Of a stretch of 64,000 nt of DNA, positions 33,725-47,600 are shown piece after piece. The position numbers were made by a program, and so were the translations under genes. How positions within the stretch are numbered: position 1 is the first letter of the stretch; each line of letters opens with the position of its first letter. The stretch comes from Balanoglossus misakiensis. Its lineage: Eukaryota > Animalia > Hemichordata. Under the pieces are notes generated by a model. The model worked only from the letters and a program-made list of their open reading frames with translations. It was not told the origin of the DNA and did not search any database. The stretch covers positions 6,649,097 to 6,713,096 of the forward strand of contig CM082598.2 of the NCBI GenBank assembly GCA_040954595.2, in the 5' to 3' direction.

Positions 33725-34365
33725 GATAATAATGTTTATTGTCTCTTAGGCCACCGGCCAATATGACAACTGCATGATAAGCTATATTATAAAACGAAAT
33801 ACAGCAACAACAAAAAGAAACATTAGGTCACCTTCAAGTTCAAGCTTTCATGAAATATATTCTTTGCTCAAAATCATGGCTTTATGGACAAATTTGCCAA
33901 GATTACTTAACACTGTTGGCGACATTGAACTCATCAGTGTGAAAAATTTATCTTCATAAAAAGACTCAGAGCTGTCATGTTGTAATAAATATCTTAAGCT
34001 TTGATACAATGGACATAAAAATATTACATGAAATTCATCCTCCATACCTCCTGTACATATTTCACAGATTCTATCTTCAATGTCAATGTTGGCATAGCTG
34101 TCTTTTCTGGTTCAAACATGCTTTTAAAATTACGATATGTACGAAGCCTGTCTTTCTTACATACTTCACTGTACCACTCTTGTTTGTAAACATCGGAAAG
34201 TCATTGTTAAACTCACTTATAAAAGATGAAATATCTCCCACCCCTTGTAATAACCAGACAATGCCAAACCCGTATGAATAAAGAACATGGTTAATCTCTG
34301 TAGCCCATGATGTGTGCCCATTTTCATCCATTGTAAACAACAATTTGTACGCATGCGCAGCCATC
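33725..34365 (-). mobile_element. Degenerate 3' end of a LINE (CR1/L2-group-like)
   Basis: SWATEINHVLYSYGFGIVWLLQGVGD and EDEFHVIFLCPLY; 3' end ggccggtggcc..AATAAA(ttat). Confidence 0.8.
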
Positions 34366-35108
34366 CTGTCATCTGTGAGTTCAGTGAGAATTTTTGAGTC
34401 AGTTGTGAATAAACAACTCATCCATTATCTTGAGACAAAGCACGTTCTCCTGGATACACAATTTGGGTTTCGTAAAAAAATACAACACCAAGCTGGCCCT
34501 TGTTGACTTAGTTTCTGATATCAGTGACTGCTTAGATAGCGGTTCCATCACCTTTGGCATTTTCATTGACTTCAAGAAAGCTTTTGACACCATCAATCAT
34601 GACATCTTAATCCATAAACTTCATCATTATGGCATCAGAGACATTCCATTACAATGGTTCAGTAATTATTTGACAAACCGGCAGCAATCAGTTATTATTA
34701 ACAATGTGTCATCTCCATACTCACAAATACAGTGTGGCGTTCCACAAGGATCAATACTTGGCCCAGTTTTATATTTAATTTACATCAACGACATCGCCAA
34801 TTCAACGAAAGCCTTCCACTTCCGCCTTTTTGCAGTCGATACCAATCTGTTCAAGTTCATCAATAACCACCACATTGACCTTACACAAACTAACTCTGAT
34901 TTCTGCAAAGTCTGTGATTGGTGCCGGGCTAATAAACTCATTATCAATGCTGACAAAACAAATTATATGATAGTGAAAACATCCCGCAAACATGTAGTCA
35001 TCAATGGGACTTTAGATATTGACGGGAAAAGTCTAGATTGTGTCCCATCAGCCACATACTTGGGGGTCACCCTCGATCAAAATATCAACTGGAAAACGCA
35101 TATCCAGA
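34362..35108 (+). mobile_element. LINE reverse transcriptase fragment (CR1/L2 group), inactive
   Basis: QFGFRK, FIDFKKAFDTINHDIL, GVPQGSILGP..YIND; catalytic motif degenerated to FAVDT; frameshift near 34480. Confidence 0.9.
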
Positions 35109-35829
35109 GGTGTTTTTTTTGCCAACTCTGTTTTTGCTCCTACTTGCGAGGCAGCCAGCCATGTCAACTGTGTGTACGTTAGCGTGCACACGGTGGCTTC
35201 TGCTACTGGTGACTTGAGTCTCTGACGTCACACTGCATATCGAGATCGACACTATGCTGCTGCGCGATAAGTGAAAGTGAATAAAAACGACGCAAATCAC
35301 TCATGTTTTTCACACAGATTTTATTAGAATCTCTCTACAAGGAAGGTGTCGGTTCACTTTAAAGATAACATTCCATCTGTCAGTGAATTCTTATGTATGG
35401 GACCATTACTCAGACGTGTGTGTGGACAGACTTTATTTCATGTCAATTCAGTGTTCTCTTTATCCATTGATCCAGCAGGGACAAGGTTAATTGCAATGAC
35501 AATATTTGCTTGAATAATCAGTAATAGGACACACAATTTCACCACTTTCTGTGTTTAAGATAGCTCAATGTACAAAGTTGTTCTAAGACAATCGTACAAT
35601 CTGATAATTATGTTGATAAAATACTTAAACCACAGCTTATTGTCATCGCTACAGGTTTGTTCCATTTACACAAATTTGTTATACTTTCAAGTCACCGTTA
35701 ATGTAATGTTTCCTTTTGAAATCTTGCTGTATGTACGTTTTCCACATTGAACACGATTGGAACTATTTTGGGATAATTGCATGGTAATAAACTCCATCAA
35801 ACTCTTTGTAGTCTCTACACTTGAGATAT

Positions 35830-37887
35830 TTAGGGGACCAAGCGCCCTCAGGCGCTTGGTCCCCTTCTGTTATTGCTGGAGTTTTTCTTCTTTCTTCTTG
35901 AGTCGTTTTTTTGCTCCCGTTTTTCTCAAAATCGACGTGGCCTAGGACCTTGAAATTTGGCACGGTGATTGGGGCCCATGAGTACTGGTGCACCTGCCCT
36001 TTGAATTTGTAATTAGTCACGTGACTTGGTGGCTATAATCGCGCGAAATTTTCAAATTGACCTAATTTGCACGTTAATGGGGGCATATACATTCTTTTCG
36101 CGATTTTTGTAGACCATGTGGCCAAAATCCACTGTGCCAAATTTCAAGGTCCTAGGCCACGTTGATTTTGAGAAGAAGATTTTTGTAATATTTTTTGCAT
36201 TTTTTGGTGGGCTGAGGACGAACACTGGGGCATCGGACTTTGAACGTCATTACGTAATGTTGTGGAGATCTCATTTATAGCAGGCGGGTTGCAGTAGTCC
36301 TTGGAAAATCGGCTGAAATACGTAAACAGACCAGTGATTATTTTCCACGGAATGAATTTTGGGACAACACATTATCGGAGTTCAGGCTGTGTTAGGGCGT
36401 TTTATTGAATTACGCTGAGTTTGTTAGCTAATGCCGTTCAAATGTTGCTATCCAGACCCGGCTACACTAGTTAACATTCAATGTAATGCGGCGGCGGACT
36501 TTGACCCTCAGTCGCTAATGTTGTGGGAGGTTTCATCATTAGCATGGTAGTCACATGTAGTGGATAGTAGTTCGGGAAATTGGCCGAAATACGTAAGCAG
36601 ACCAGTGATTTTCTTGCACGAAGGGAGTATGGTACCATCAGAGATCAGGCTTCGTTGCCGTTCAAAAGTTCCTACTTCAGTCATGACGTTGCAACTGGAC
36701 GTTCAGTATTGGGTTTGGCCCGCAGGTGGCCGTGGGGGTTATCAGGTCCCCCGTAATGGCACGCAGCTTCATGCAGCTGTATGGGACCAAAATAATACGC
36801 CCGATTCGGGGGTCACCTGCGTCACCGTACCTGCGTAACTCTATTATGTGCATGCGTAATTGTGGGGTCAATGAAAGGGATGCTAGCGTGGTATTTGTTG
36901 CACATGGATCAATATGAAGTCCGATTTTCCTGTCAAGTTGTGGGCGACCTTATGTGACATTTCACCTACTTTTGCTTAAGTGAATAACAGCAGATGCATG
37001 CAGCTTTGGCGTGGTGGGGGGGATATACGGATGGGACCATAATGATATACCAAAGGCGGGGTCACCTGTTGCACCTGCCTAAGTCATTGATTTTGTACAT
37101 TTAATTGGACACTAACCAACAGGGCGATATGTGTGGTTTTTGTTCCACAGGGACGAATGTAAGTGTCAGTTGGTTTTTGCCCAAATGTATAAGGTGATTT
37201 GGATGCCCTCTGTCGTACAGTGCCATATCCCAGCACGTTGTACAGGTGCAGCTTTGGTATTTGGAGGGATGAAACTATCATAAAATGCCAAATACAGGGG
37301 GATACCTGTGACACCTGCTTGATTCATGTATTACGTAGGCAAAGGGAAAGGGCTGCAAATGTAGGATTTGTTGCACATGACTTAAGCAGGAATGAAATTT
37401 TTTTTGTCAAATATTTGGGTGACCTCAGGTGTCCATTGACCTGCTTTCCATATGTTAGCATGCACATCATATATAGCCAGGTGTTTGGAGGGGTAGGGTA
37501 GGACCCTCTGCGTCATGAAATGCTAAATTCCTGGGGCCACCTGTAACTTACTTGCGAAACTCATTATTATGGCCATATATAATTTGACCAACCCAAAGGG
37601 CGAGGATTTTCTGTTGTCTTCAATATGAACCAAATAAGAATCCTAATTTTTGGGTACCCTCACCAGACCTTTGAAGTACTTACTGAAGTACTTACAACGG
37701 AGAAGTTCACCTTTGGTTGTTGTGTTTGTACTTGTAGGACATGCATTTCGGGTGGTTGCCTACTTCCCCATATCTCAACATCGAGAGCAAATACAGCCTA
37801 CGCATTGGAATGGTACAACCCTGAATGGATTCTAATGGTTATTAACTCTATGCTTGGGCCCCTTCAATGCTGCTTGCAGCTTTAATT
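35830..37887 (+). mobile_element. ~2-kb HINE/Helentron-like non-autonomous element
   Basis: 5' hairpin aggggaccaagcgcc-ctca-ggcgcttggtcccct; 3' gcttgggccccttc..aatgctgcttgcagctttaatt (subterminal IR plus short palindrome); degenerate internal repeats. Confidence 0.6.
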
Positions 37888-38845
37888 ATCATTTTGTTCT
37901 GCTTTGTTTTGGTCAAACAATGACAGAAATACCACAATCTGTCCAAGTACAACAAAGACTAATAGTTTAGTAGTATTGCACACATTTTATTGGTATGCAA
38001 TTATCCCAAAATAGTTTCAATCATGTTATTTTGTTTTAAAGAACTAAATGTGTGAATTATCAAGCTTGTAAATTCACCTCACATACCATCTATCACATTT
38101 ATCCCCACACAGCAACTGGCCCAGTTGGATTATTCACTCTAATCTGATCCTTTTGTTTGGGATGTTCTTCATGTAAAAGCAGCCCTACTTTGCTTTAATC
38201 ACATTCTTTCCTAAAATATGTTAACATATTGGTCAATCCCTAGTGTTTCAGTGTGAAGGTAAACTTGTATGGTGAATAGAAGAGCGCCAAACAGAGGTGT
38301 TAACAAGTGCCTGTATTGGCCACGTGTAAACCTGTGTCAGGGACAGCTGTCATGAATAAGACAACTTTGTTTGTATTGAATTATTTTAGAACATACTGAA
38401 TTTACCCCTCATTTGAACTCTCTGTTTATGAGTCTTTCAAACAGTAAAAAAATTTCAGAGTTTCATTACTTCATTTCTGTTTTAATGTGGCCATCTCTGT
38501 CATGAAATGTTAATAATCAAGCAATATGGAAAGAAGCCAGTGGTTTTCAATAGTTAAGGCAGCTGTATACTGACAGAAATATATTTTCATATCAGGTATT
38601 GTGTTTTATATAGTAAAGTTTTGCTAATTTACTTCATTAGAACATCATTTATCTACCTATGCTTACTGTTTCTAACATTCGTTTTAGAGTATACATGTAT
38701 CTGCCAACAGAAAAGTAATTAAAACAGTTCAGAAATGTTTATTGAAAGTTTGATAATAATGGTGTAGTTTATGACATTGGGATTCTTATATCAAAAACTG
38801 TGAATTCATAGAATTCAAACACATCTTCCATACAAGTTCATTTAA

Positions 38846-39199
38846 GGATGTACGCGCAGAACATAAACTGGTAAACTGCGCGCACCCATCTTTTCCCCAC
38901 AGGATTACATTGATAACTGCTAGAAAACAAATTTAATAGTCAAATAAAATATAGGGGTCACCGCGCTCTTCTTCGAGATAAATTGCATTAAAAATTTGGC
39001 CCATAGACAAACCATTGGGGGAAAATGTTGAGTCAGCATTTTTCTTCTAATATCGACTATATTCATGGCTCTGTATTTCATAAATAAGCACGGTGACCCC
39101 TTTATTTTATTTCAGATTTTCATTATAAATACAAATGAGAACCCAAACATCGACAATTAAAAAAATGACAATACTTTTAATTTTATTGAACGTACAACC
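38846..39199. mobile_element. TTAA-flanked MITE (Kolobok-like)
   Basis: TTAA|GGATGTACG...CGTACAACC|TTAA; internal inverted pair aggggtcaccg / cggtgacccct. Confidence 0.7.
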
Positions 39200-41299
39200 T
39201 TAATAGCACCATTTTTTATTCATGTTTAAACTGATAATTCATGGGCAATTTTCTTTTGTGTTCATTTTGTAAGTCTAATTGTGGATTGTAACTTAAACTT
39301 TATTGCCACTTAAACTGTATTATCATGATGATGAAATGTGCAAGAAATTAATGAGTTTGAACAGACCTGAAATCTAAATATTGTGATGTGACAAACCTAT
39401 TGGATATACCTATGGAGCAATTTGGCAATTAAATACTCGTTGTGATGTATTTTGTAACTTTTCATTAAAATTACAAAAGTTCTCACATTGGCAGCATGAA
39501 ATATCTCATCTCAATAAATACTTATTTTTTCAATATTAGGATTCTATAGTATATCAGAGAGCATGTGCTGTTAAAGAACATATGTTAATCTAAAATATAC
39601 CTTGGTGAAATGAAAACCAGTAACCCGTTCAGAAATTTGCTCTATGTTGCAGTTGTATGGTTGACTTGCTGTAAAGGTTTCTAACTTATATATATGTATG
39701 TTGTGTTCTATCTAATTGTTTTGTAATAAATAAATAAAGGGAAACTTGCATGGTCAACTGTATTAAATAATGTGAAATGCGTAAATTGTTATTCTGTTAA
39801 CAAGACAAATGTTTCCTCGGTCAGCATTTTGAATGTTCGAAGGGCCCAGTGTGTGAAGAAATAACACCATCAACACATTTCCTGAAAAGCAACAGATAAC
39901 CCCTTCTGATTTCGTGAAATTGAATTTTCAACATTTTGACATGTAAATCAGTATATTCATCCAAGTGTGATTGGCAAAGATATGAAATAATGGATATCAA
40001 TTAAAGAGGCAGTGGCTCTTGATATGAATAATTGAAACAGCTGGAAATTAAAATGTCAACTGTATCAAAAACATTGGACAATGTTGAGATTTATACTAAA
40101 TCAATTGAACTATTATATAAGCTAAGTGTTTGTGACCCTGATGTATATTATGACCAACTTGTAATCTCCCTTAGCAGTAGAGACCTCTGATATTTCTAGC
40201 CTTGCCATCACCACCCAAATAAAAATGTACATATTAAAACTAAACTCTCTGGCATTCAATCAGTAACACAAGATCATATCAACGATTGATAAGGGGAAAG
40301 ATACTCTGCAGCCTCCAGACTAGGATAATGTCTACACCTGTCAAATGACACCATGGAAACTTGCAATGAGAGACAATTTACCGCTCATTTTCAACCTAAA
40401 GAATGCACTTATTTTGAGGAAATTAGACACAAAACATTTCCATTTACAACATCTCGAAGAGAATGAGGTATCAACATAAAGGCACAGAAAGTCTTTTTCT
40501 TACAGTTTTTAACTCATCAGTGTAGTCTGTTGCCATATTTAACTTTGAAAAGATGTTGGTCACATCACAAGATCAAATGTGATGGGCACTGTGAATGTGG
40601 CTGGTTTGAACCAATTCAGAAAACAGGGGAGTCAAACTGGTTGTGAGTTTAGAGAATCTATTTCATGAGCCGGATTTTTTGAAAACGTAACCCCTGCGTC
40701 ATTCCCTATCTTAAATTAAAATGACAGTCAGTTCAAATGTAATATCTTGTGGCCATTATCACTTGAGCACAAGTTACTTTAACTAAGTTTTTCGAAGGAT
40801 ATATTATCTCTTGAACACATGCCTAGAAAATCGCAAGACGCACAAGACAGCTCACAAGCTGCACCAGCCCAACGTGGCTACATCTTTACTGACTGTCCAT
40901 CTTTACTATAATGTGCGTCATGGCAATATGCAGCTATGATCTATCTTTATTTGACCTCTCCATTTTTGCAACTCTTTTGCATACTAGTTATCCATGTCAA
41001 TCTTGACTTCGCTCCAAAACAGTTACGCATAGTAACAAGACAAGTAAAGAAGACACACCAGGAGCTTTGATTTTATCACCCTCATTTCCTCTGTGTCAAT
41101 GTTACATAACTGCAGCCCTAACGCAACTAACCAACTATGAGGGGGTTTATAGGAAAAAGTCACGTGACTATTTTCAAAATGGTAGCTTATTTATGTTGTT
41201 GCGCTAACCTTCCGAAAACACGTGCGATTTTGTCCGATTAGAGAATCTCTACCTTGAAATGACAAGACTATTGATAAAAAACATCCCACCTTTTTGAAA

Positions 41300-44200
41300 T
41301 CTCTAGACTTGACAGTGTTTCGGATAATATTCTTTGGATTCACTTAAATCCACCGGAGAATAGCACTAGGGGTTACGTTATTGCTGTTGTCTATAAATAT
41401 CCTCATGGCTAATCTATACATTCAAATGAATTAACATTTGATATCCTTGAGGATGAACTTGCAAATTTCAGAGAAGCTAACCATCTTGTAAATTTATAAT
41501 TTGTGGAGATCTAAATGCTCGTACAAGTGACAGACCGGATTATATCGAGAATGATGACAACCACCATATTCCGGTGGGAAATGACTATGAAGGTGATTGT
41601 GTGTTACCGTCCCGACTAAGTATTGATAAGATTGTAAACTCTTATGGTAGGCGTTTGTTACAATTTTGCATTTCTACTGGTTTTAGAATTTTGAACGGTC
41701 GAAAAGGCGACCCAAGTAATTTCTATACATGTATTACCGAAAAAGGATGCAGTATTGTAGACTACCTCCTTATACATCAAGATGATTTTGCCTCTGTAAT
41801 TAATTTTAAAATTGGCAGTCGTACAGAATCAGACCATATGCCACTGATTTTTACTTTACCAAATTGTCTTAGTAATATTCTCAATGAGAATGTTGGTGAT
41901 ACGTTAAACTCTGACATATTGGTAAGTACCGTTAGCAGAACGTACTGGAATAGTCATAAACTACAGTCATATCTCAATCTTTTGGACTCAAACTTAATAC
42001 GGGATTGTATAGAAAATATTGTACACCATATTGACAGTGGAGACGCTGACTCTGCTATAGTTCGCCTGAATGACATCTTTGATGCTGTGTCTTCTGATTT
42101 TCACAGAAATCATTGTATAAAAAATAATAACAAAAGCAGTAAAACTTGGTTTGACTATGATTGCAAACAAGCAAAACGAACGGTCCAAAAAATGCTGAAC
42201 AACTTTAGAAGATCTCGTAGACGTAGTCTAGAGGATCTTAATATCTATTACGATACCAAGAAATCTTACAAGAAGCTAATTAATCACAAAAAGAAGGATT
42301 ACAAACAAAATGCATTGGAGGCCCTCCTAACCGATGCTGCAAATAAAAACTCATTTATGTTCTGGTCAAAGTTTAAAGACTTCTCACCAGGCCCATCCAA
42401 AAACATAGACAGAGCTTCTTGGTTTGCTTACTTTTCTGAGTTATTTAACCCAACCATTGTATCTGATACAGAGTTTGACAATTTCCACGAGGCAGCCAAA
42501 TCCTTGGTTGAAGACATTGGCCATTTTGACAATAATGACCAAGACATTGACTGTAGCATACTAGACGAACCCATTACAATGGGTGAGGTCACCTCTAGCA
42601 TCAATAAATTAAAATATAATAAAGCACCAGGTTACGATGGAATAGTGGGAGAAATTTATAAAAATGCACCCCCAATATTTCCAAATATCTTGTGTAAGCT
42701 TTTTAATTTACTTCTTTCTAAGGGTTTATTTCCAAAAGACTGGATAAAAGGGATGATCTCCCCATACATAAGAAAGGAGATCGTGAAAATCCAGGTAACT
42801 ATACAGAGGGATTAACCTTCTCCCTGTACTTGGTAAAGTTTAGTGTTCAATTGTATGTAATAGACTTGATAAGTGGTTTCAACAGTATCATGAAATCTCA
42901 GATGTACAATCAGCATTTAAAAAGAATAGAAGTACTATTGACAACATATTTATTCTAAATACTATTGTAAATTACTACCTATCACAACGTAAAGGCAAAG
43001 TTTTTTGTGCTTTTATAGACTTCGAAAAAGCCTTCGATCGTATCCAACACTATTTGTTATTTTATAAACTTATGAAAGTTTGTCTCAAGGGAAAGCTTTT
43101 CCGCTGTTTAATGTCCATGTACACAAATGTCCAAGCATGTGTCCGTTCACCTCATGGTATAACAGAATTTTTCTATTGTAAGTGTGGCCTACAACAAGGC
43201 TCTGTAATTTCACCACTCCTGTTTTGTTTCTTTGTAAATTACATGGAAACTGAACTGAAAACAGAGCATTCTTCTGGTGTTTTTATCTCAGGAATTAATT
43301 TAATATTGCTACTTTTTGCTGACGATCTTGTCTTGATGAGCTGCACAATGATATGTTTGCAGAGATTGCTAAATAAGCTTTCGGAGTATTGTAAAAAATG
43401 GCAACTGAAAGTGAACCATGGTAAATCCAAAATTGTAGTTTTTAGACGAGGAGGAGTCCTTAAAAATTGTTATAAATGGTATTTGAATGGAGAAAAACTT
43501 GATACTGCACCTTATTATAAATACCTTGGTTTATTAATGTCTAGTAGTGGGGAGTGGTACATGGCTCAGAAAACACTGGCCACTCAAGCCAGTAAAGCTG
43601 TGTTCGCATTAAAGCGCCACTTTGCAAACTTAGGGGACATCCCCCTTAATTATGCACTTAAAATTTATGATTGTAAGATTCTTCCGATTCTTAATTATGC
43701 ATCGGAAATATGGGGATTCCATAATGCACATGATGTTGAAAAAGTAGAAAATAATTTCCTGCGGTCTATTTTATGTTTGAAAAGAAATACTCCAATGAGT
43801 GCCATTAAGGCCGAGACTGGTCGTCCTGGTCTTTTGTATTATCGTCATATCAGAATACTGAAATACTGGCTAAAATTGCTCAAAACTAGACCAGGTAGTA
43901 TCTTGTCAACTTGTTATAAAGTACAATGTGATAAAGCAGAAAAAATATGCATTGTTGGGCACTACAGGTAAAACAACTGTTATGTAATATGGGTTTTTCA
44001 GAAGTGTGGATGCAACAGGGAGTCACAAATGAAAATATTTTTTTAAAAATTTTCAGAGAGAGATGTAAGGATGTACAAATGCAAATTATCATGTGCGATG
44101 TTAAATCCATCCCGAAATTATTCACTTATAGTCGTTTCAAATCTAGCCCACACATGGAGGAATATTTGTGTATTATTCAACACAGGGGTTTTAGAGCAGC

Positions 44201-44627
44201 ACTGACCCGTTTTCGTTTATCAAGTCATACCTTGCGTATAGAACAGTCAGATGGGAAAGGATAAAACCCCCAAGACCAGAAAAAACATGTCTCATATGTA
44301 ATAATGGCCAATTGAAGACGAGTATCACATGTGTTTTATCTGCCCAGCTTATACAGATTTGCGGGAAAAATTTATCCCAAGCTTTTTCCTAAATCCTCCT
44401 GTAGAATATAAGTTTCACAAACTCATGTCAACAAATAACAAATATTTATTACACCAATTGAGTAAATACATTCTCCTTGTTTTTACAAAAGAGAGATAAA
44501 TTGTTACAAGGGTACACACGAGTAAATGCTTTAATGGCATGACATATTATTGTATTTCTATTTTGTATTTAAAGGGCCAATCGGCCATATATATACTGAA
44601 TAAACATATTCAATTCAATTCAATTCA
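41300..44627 (+). mobile_element. 5'-truncated LINE (APE endonuclease + RT + C-terminal EDExH..CP region), frameshifted
   Basis: IICGDLNART, SIVDYLL, SDHMP (EN); KAPGYDG, FIDFEKAFD, QQGSVISPLLF, LFADD (RT); EDEYHMCFICPAY; 3' AATAAA plus (ATTCA)n tail. Confidence 0.92.
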
Positions 44628-47600
44628 TATTAAGCATGGTGGGATTTGGCTGTGGACGTGTTTCCCACGATCGACCGAGAATGAAAGTATACCAGCCCGT
44701 ATCTCAAAAATATTTGAGGTTGCATGATAATCTTCACACCGCAAGTTAGGTAATTTATCAGTTTAAAGCTGTGTGAAATTTGAAGTGTTCCGAACGTTTT
44801 ATATAAAAGTGTTGCACTTTCTCGTGAACCCTTCATTTTCCAGTGAACGTGACTTGTTGTGACATTTTTCAAGTTTACCTATCTGTATCTCAAGAAAAAT
44901 TTAAGGTTGCCCGACAATTTTTACATCGCGAGTTAGGTCTAACGCTGGGCAAAATTTGAACAGTTTAGCAAGTTTTACAAAAAAGTGTGGCACTTTCTTG
45001 TGAACCATGCACTTTCCCGTGACGTGGCTCGACTTCCACGAATCGTGCAGGGGCACCCAGTGTACACAATGTAGACTACGCGATTTGTTTTGTCCAGTGA
45101 TAATGAAACTTAGCTATACTTTCTTGTATATTTTAGAAGTTTTTTTTATAATAAAATAAATAAATTAGCGTATCTGACTGTAAAACTGTGCATGACTCTG
45201 CTCCTACACGTATATTTCTACGCCTTGCAATGTCAATTTTCAGTGCATTATTGCCGATGCTACGGCCGGGTGCTATGGGCACTGTTAGCTCTGCTTGGCG
45301 GGGCTGCGTGTCTTATTACCGCAGACGTACACACAAAGCCCCGGCTGCCATGCAGAGCTACGGACACTGTGTACATGCAGGTATGTCCGCGGCACATCTT
45401 GATTGCCACAGTGATTCATATTTTGAAGACTTGAGAATAGTGTCAAACGTACAGAAATGATTGAAGTTGTGTTTATTGATAACAAGCTTTTGCAATTTTT
45501 GATCAGTATTCTGTTACACATAACACCGACTGACCGTCTATGGTGGTACGAGGGAAATCCTCAACTAGCCCCCCCCCCCCCCCCCCCCCCCCCCCCGTGT
45601 GACTTAGCCTTTCACTCTCCACAAACTGATCAATACGGGGGGATAGGGGCAGTACAAGATTTATACGCTAAAACACAGCGAAAGTGCTAGCCAATTTCGA
45701 CACAATGCAAATTTGATTTTCGACGTCGACGATACAACCCGGCCAACTACATGCACAGCTATGAGCTACACCGAGGCTGTTGTGTCACCATCCGGGCTGA
45801 ATTTAAAAGGAGCGCTTGAGGGAAGACCTCAGGGGGTTGCATCGTGATTTGTTTTAATTTTGTTACACAATATATCGATTTTAGTTAAAATTATGTCTAA
45901 ACTTAAAAATTACTGTTAAATAAAAGTGCGGCAGTCCGTAAAAACCCTGAAGTACGGCATGTTTTGATTTTAGTTGTTCTTAGGGTCATTCTGTAAGTCG
46001 CTATTTTCTGCAAAGAAAACATGTTTTTCCAACAAAAAACCACACAGATGTGTAGTTTAGATCTGATTTTGGCCATTTTATCAATTTGAGTCATTCAACT
46101 GCCGTCCTTGCTTGTTAACTTGGCATTAAACAAGCGCGGGACTTTCGCATGCCACTTTCAGTTGGGTGTATGACAGAACGTTGAGGGCGTCATCAGACTA
46201 GACACCTTGGCAATTACAGTGAAATTGCTGACCTGCGTTCGGGCTGACTGCGACACACTTGATGACACATCTTCAAAACCACTTCCATCATTGCAAACTC
46301 AAATTTCCACCTTGTATTGATGGTCACCTTATTTGTATTTAAAATGAAAAAGAAGAAATGTACAGACAATATCGCGTTACAGTTTATCGATCCAACGCTT
46401 TATTTATTTATTTTAAATTCCTTTAGGCATCAGGGGTTGTAATATGCCCCAGGGAGAGGGGGAGGATAACACTGTCCGCAGAGGGGGGGGGGGATAACAC
46501 TGTTTGCGGAAATTTTGATTTTATTGCCCCAACTACTGAAGAGAAGACATTGATCCAATGTGAAATTTCAAAGTTGCAATTTCTAATGAAGGAGAGTAGG
46601 GCAACACATTTTGATGTGTTATCAACGGTCTTTGATTTCTTCAGCATTGATCTTCAGACTATCTTACCCATGCAACCAGGTTTTCAATAATATATTGTCA
46701 GAACACTGCAAACGTCATGATACAACATCTATGTTATTGAAACAACTAAAAAATAACATCTAATTCAATTACACATCCTAATTGAAGTCAGCTAAATACA
46801 ACTGAAAAATAGAAAAGGTCACCCAAAATTCAATGGACTGCTGAGTTTTTTCAGTAGTTTTACAGGAGTAGTTGAGCTTTTAAATGACATTTATTGAGGT
46901 TCTTCCATTGAATAGATTTCAGTGTTTCAAAGTATTTTCTGGAAGTGTACAAACCATGATACATTTGTTATTCTCTGAAAATAAAAAGTGAAACAGAAAT
47001 TTTAAAAATAATGTGTCAAAAGTCAGATTTAAATCGCTGTGTCACAACGCAGTCAAGTATGAGTCTGAAGCTATATTGCTAGCAAGTCTCTACATTTAGT
47101 TAAACAAGATTCTGCAGATGAAACACAGAACTTGAAAATTAATAAGTTACGACTCATGTCCCATTAGAGTTGTCATTGCTTTATGAAAATAAGATAGTGA
47201 TCATTTTCTTCTTCTTTGTATCCAAAAATAAACCTCACACACTTTAACATGTCAAATTGAAAAATTTGGAGAATAATTTTTCTCAAACACTATTTGAGGC
47301 ACATACGGATACATACTTAAAGGCATAATTTGAAACCCAGGGGCTGAACTAATTTGCATACTGAAGGTCACGAAAGGGGAAGCCTCCTCATTGCGCAATT
47401 TTAAACAAAACTGCCTCTATATGTTCTACCCTTTTGCTTGTTCAATAGTATAAATCACAGGAATCTTCTCAGAAATTCAGTCAAGTTGACAAAGATCTTT
47501 CAGTGTGTGTTACAAATAACTTCAGAAATTACACGCTTTGCATGAGATTTTACCACTCTGAACTCGACACATGAAATGAGCCAGAATTGTTAATCCTCTT

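Noticed and set aside
40200-41300. Possible decayed transposase or coding remnant
   Set aside because: No motif or sustained reading frame that I can support.
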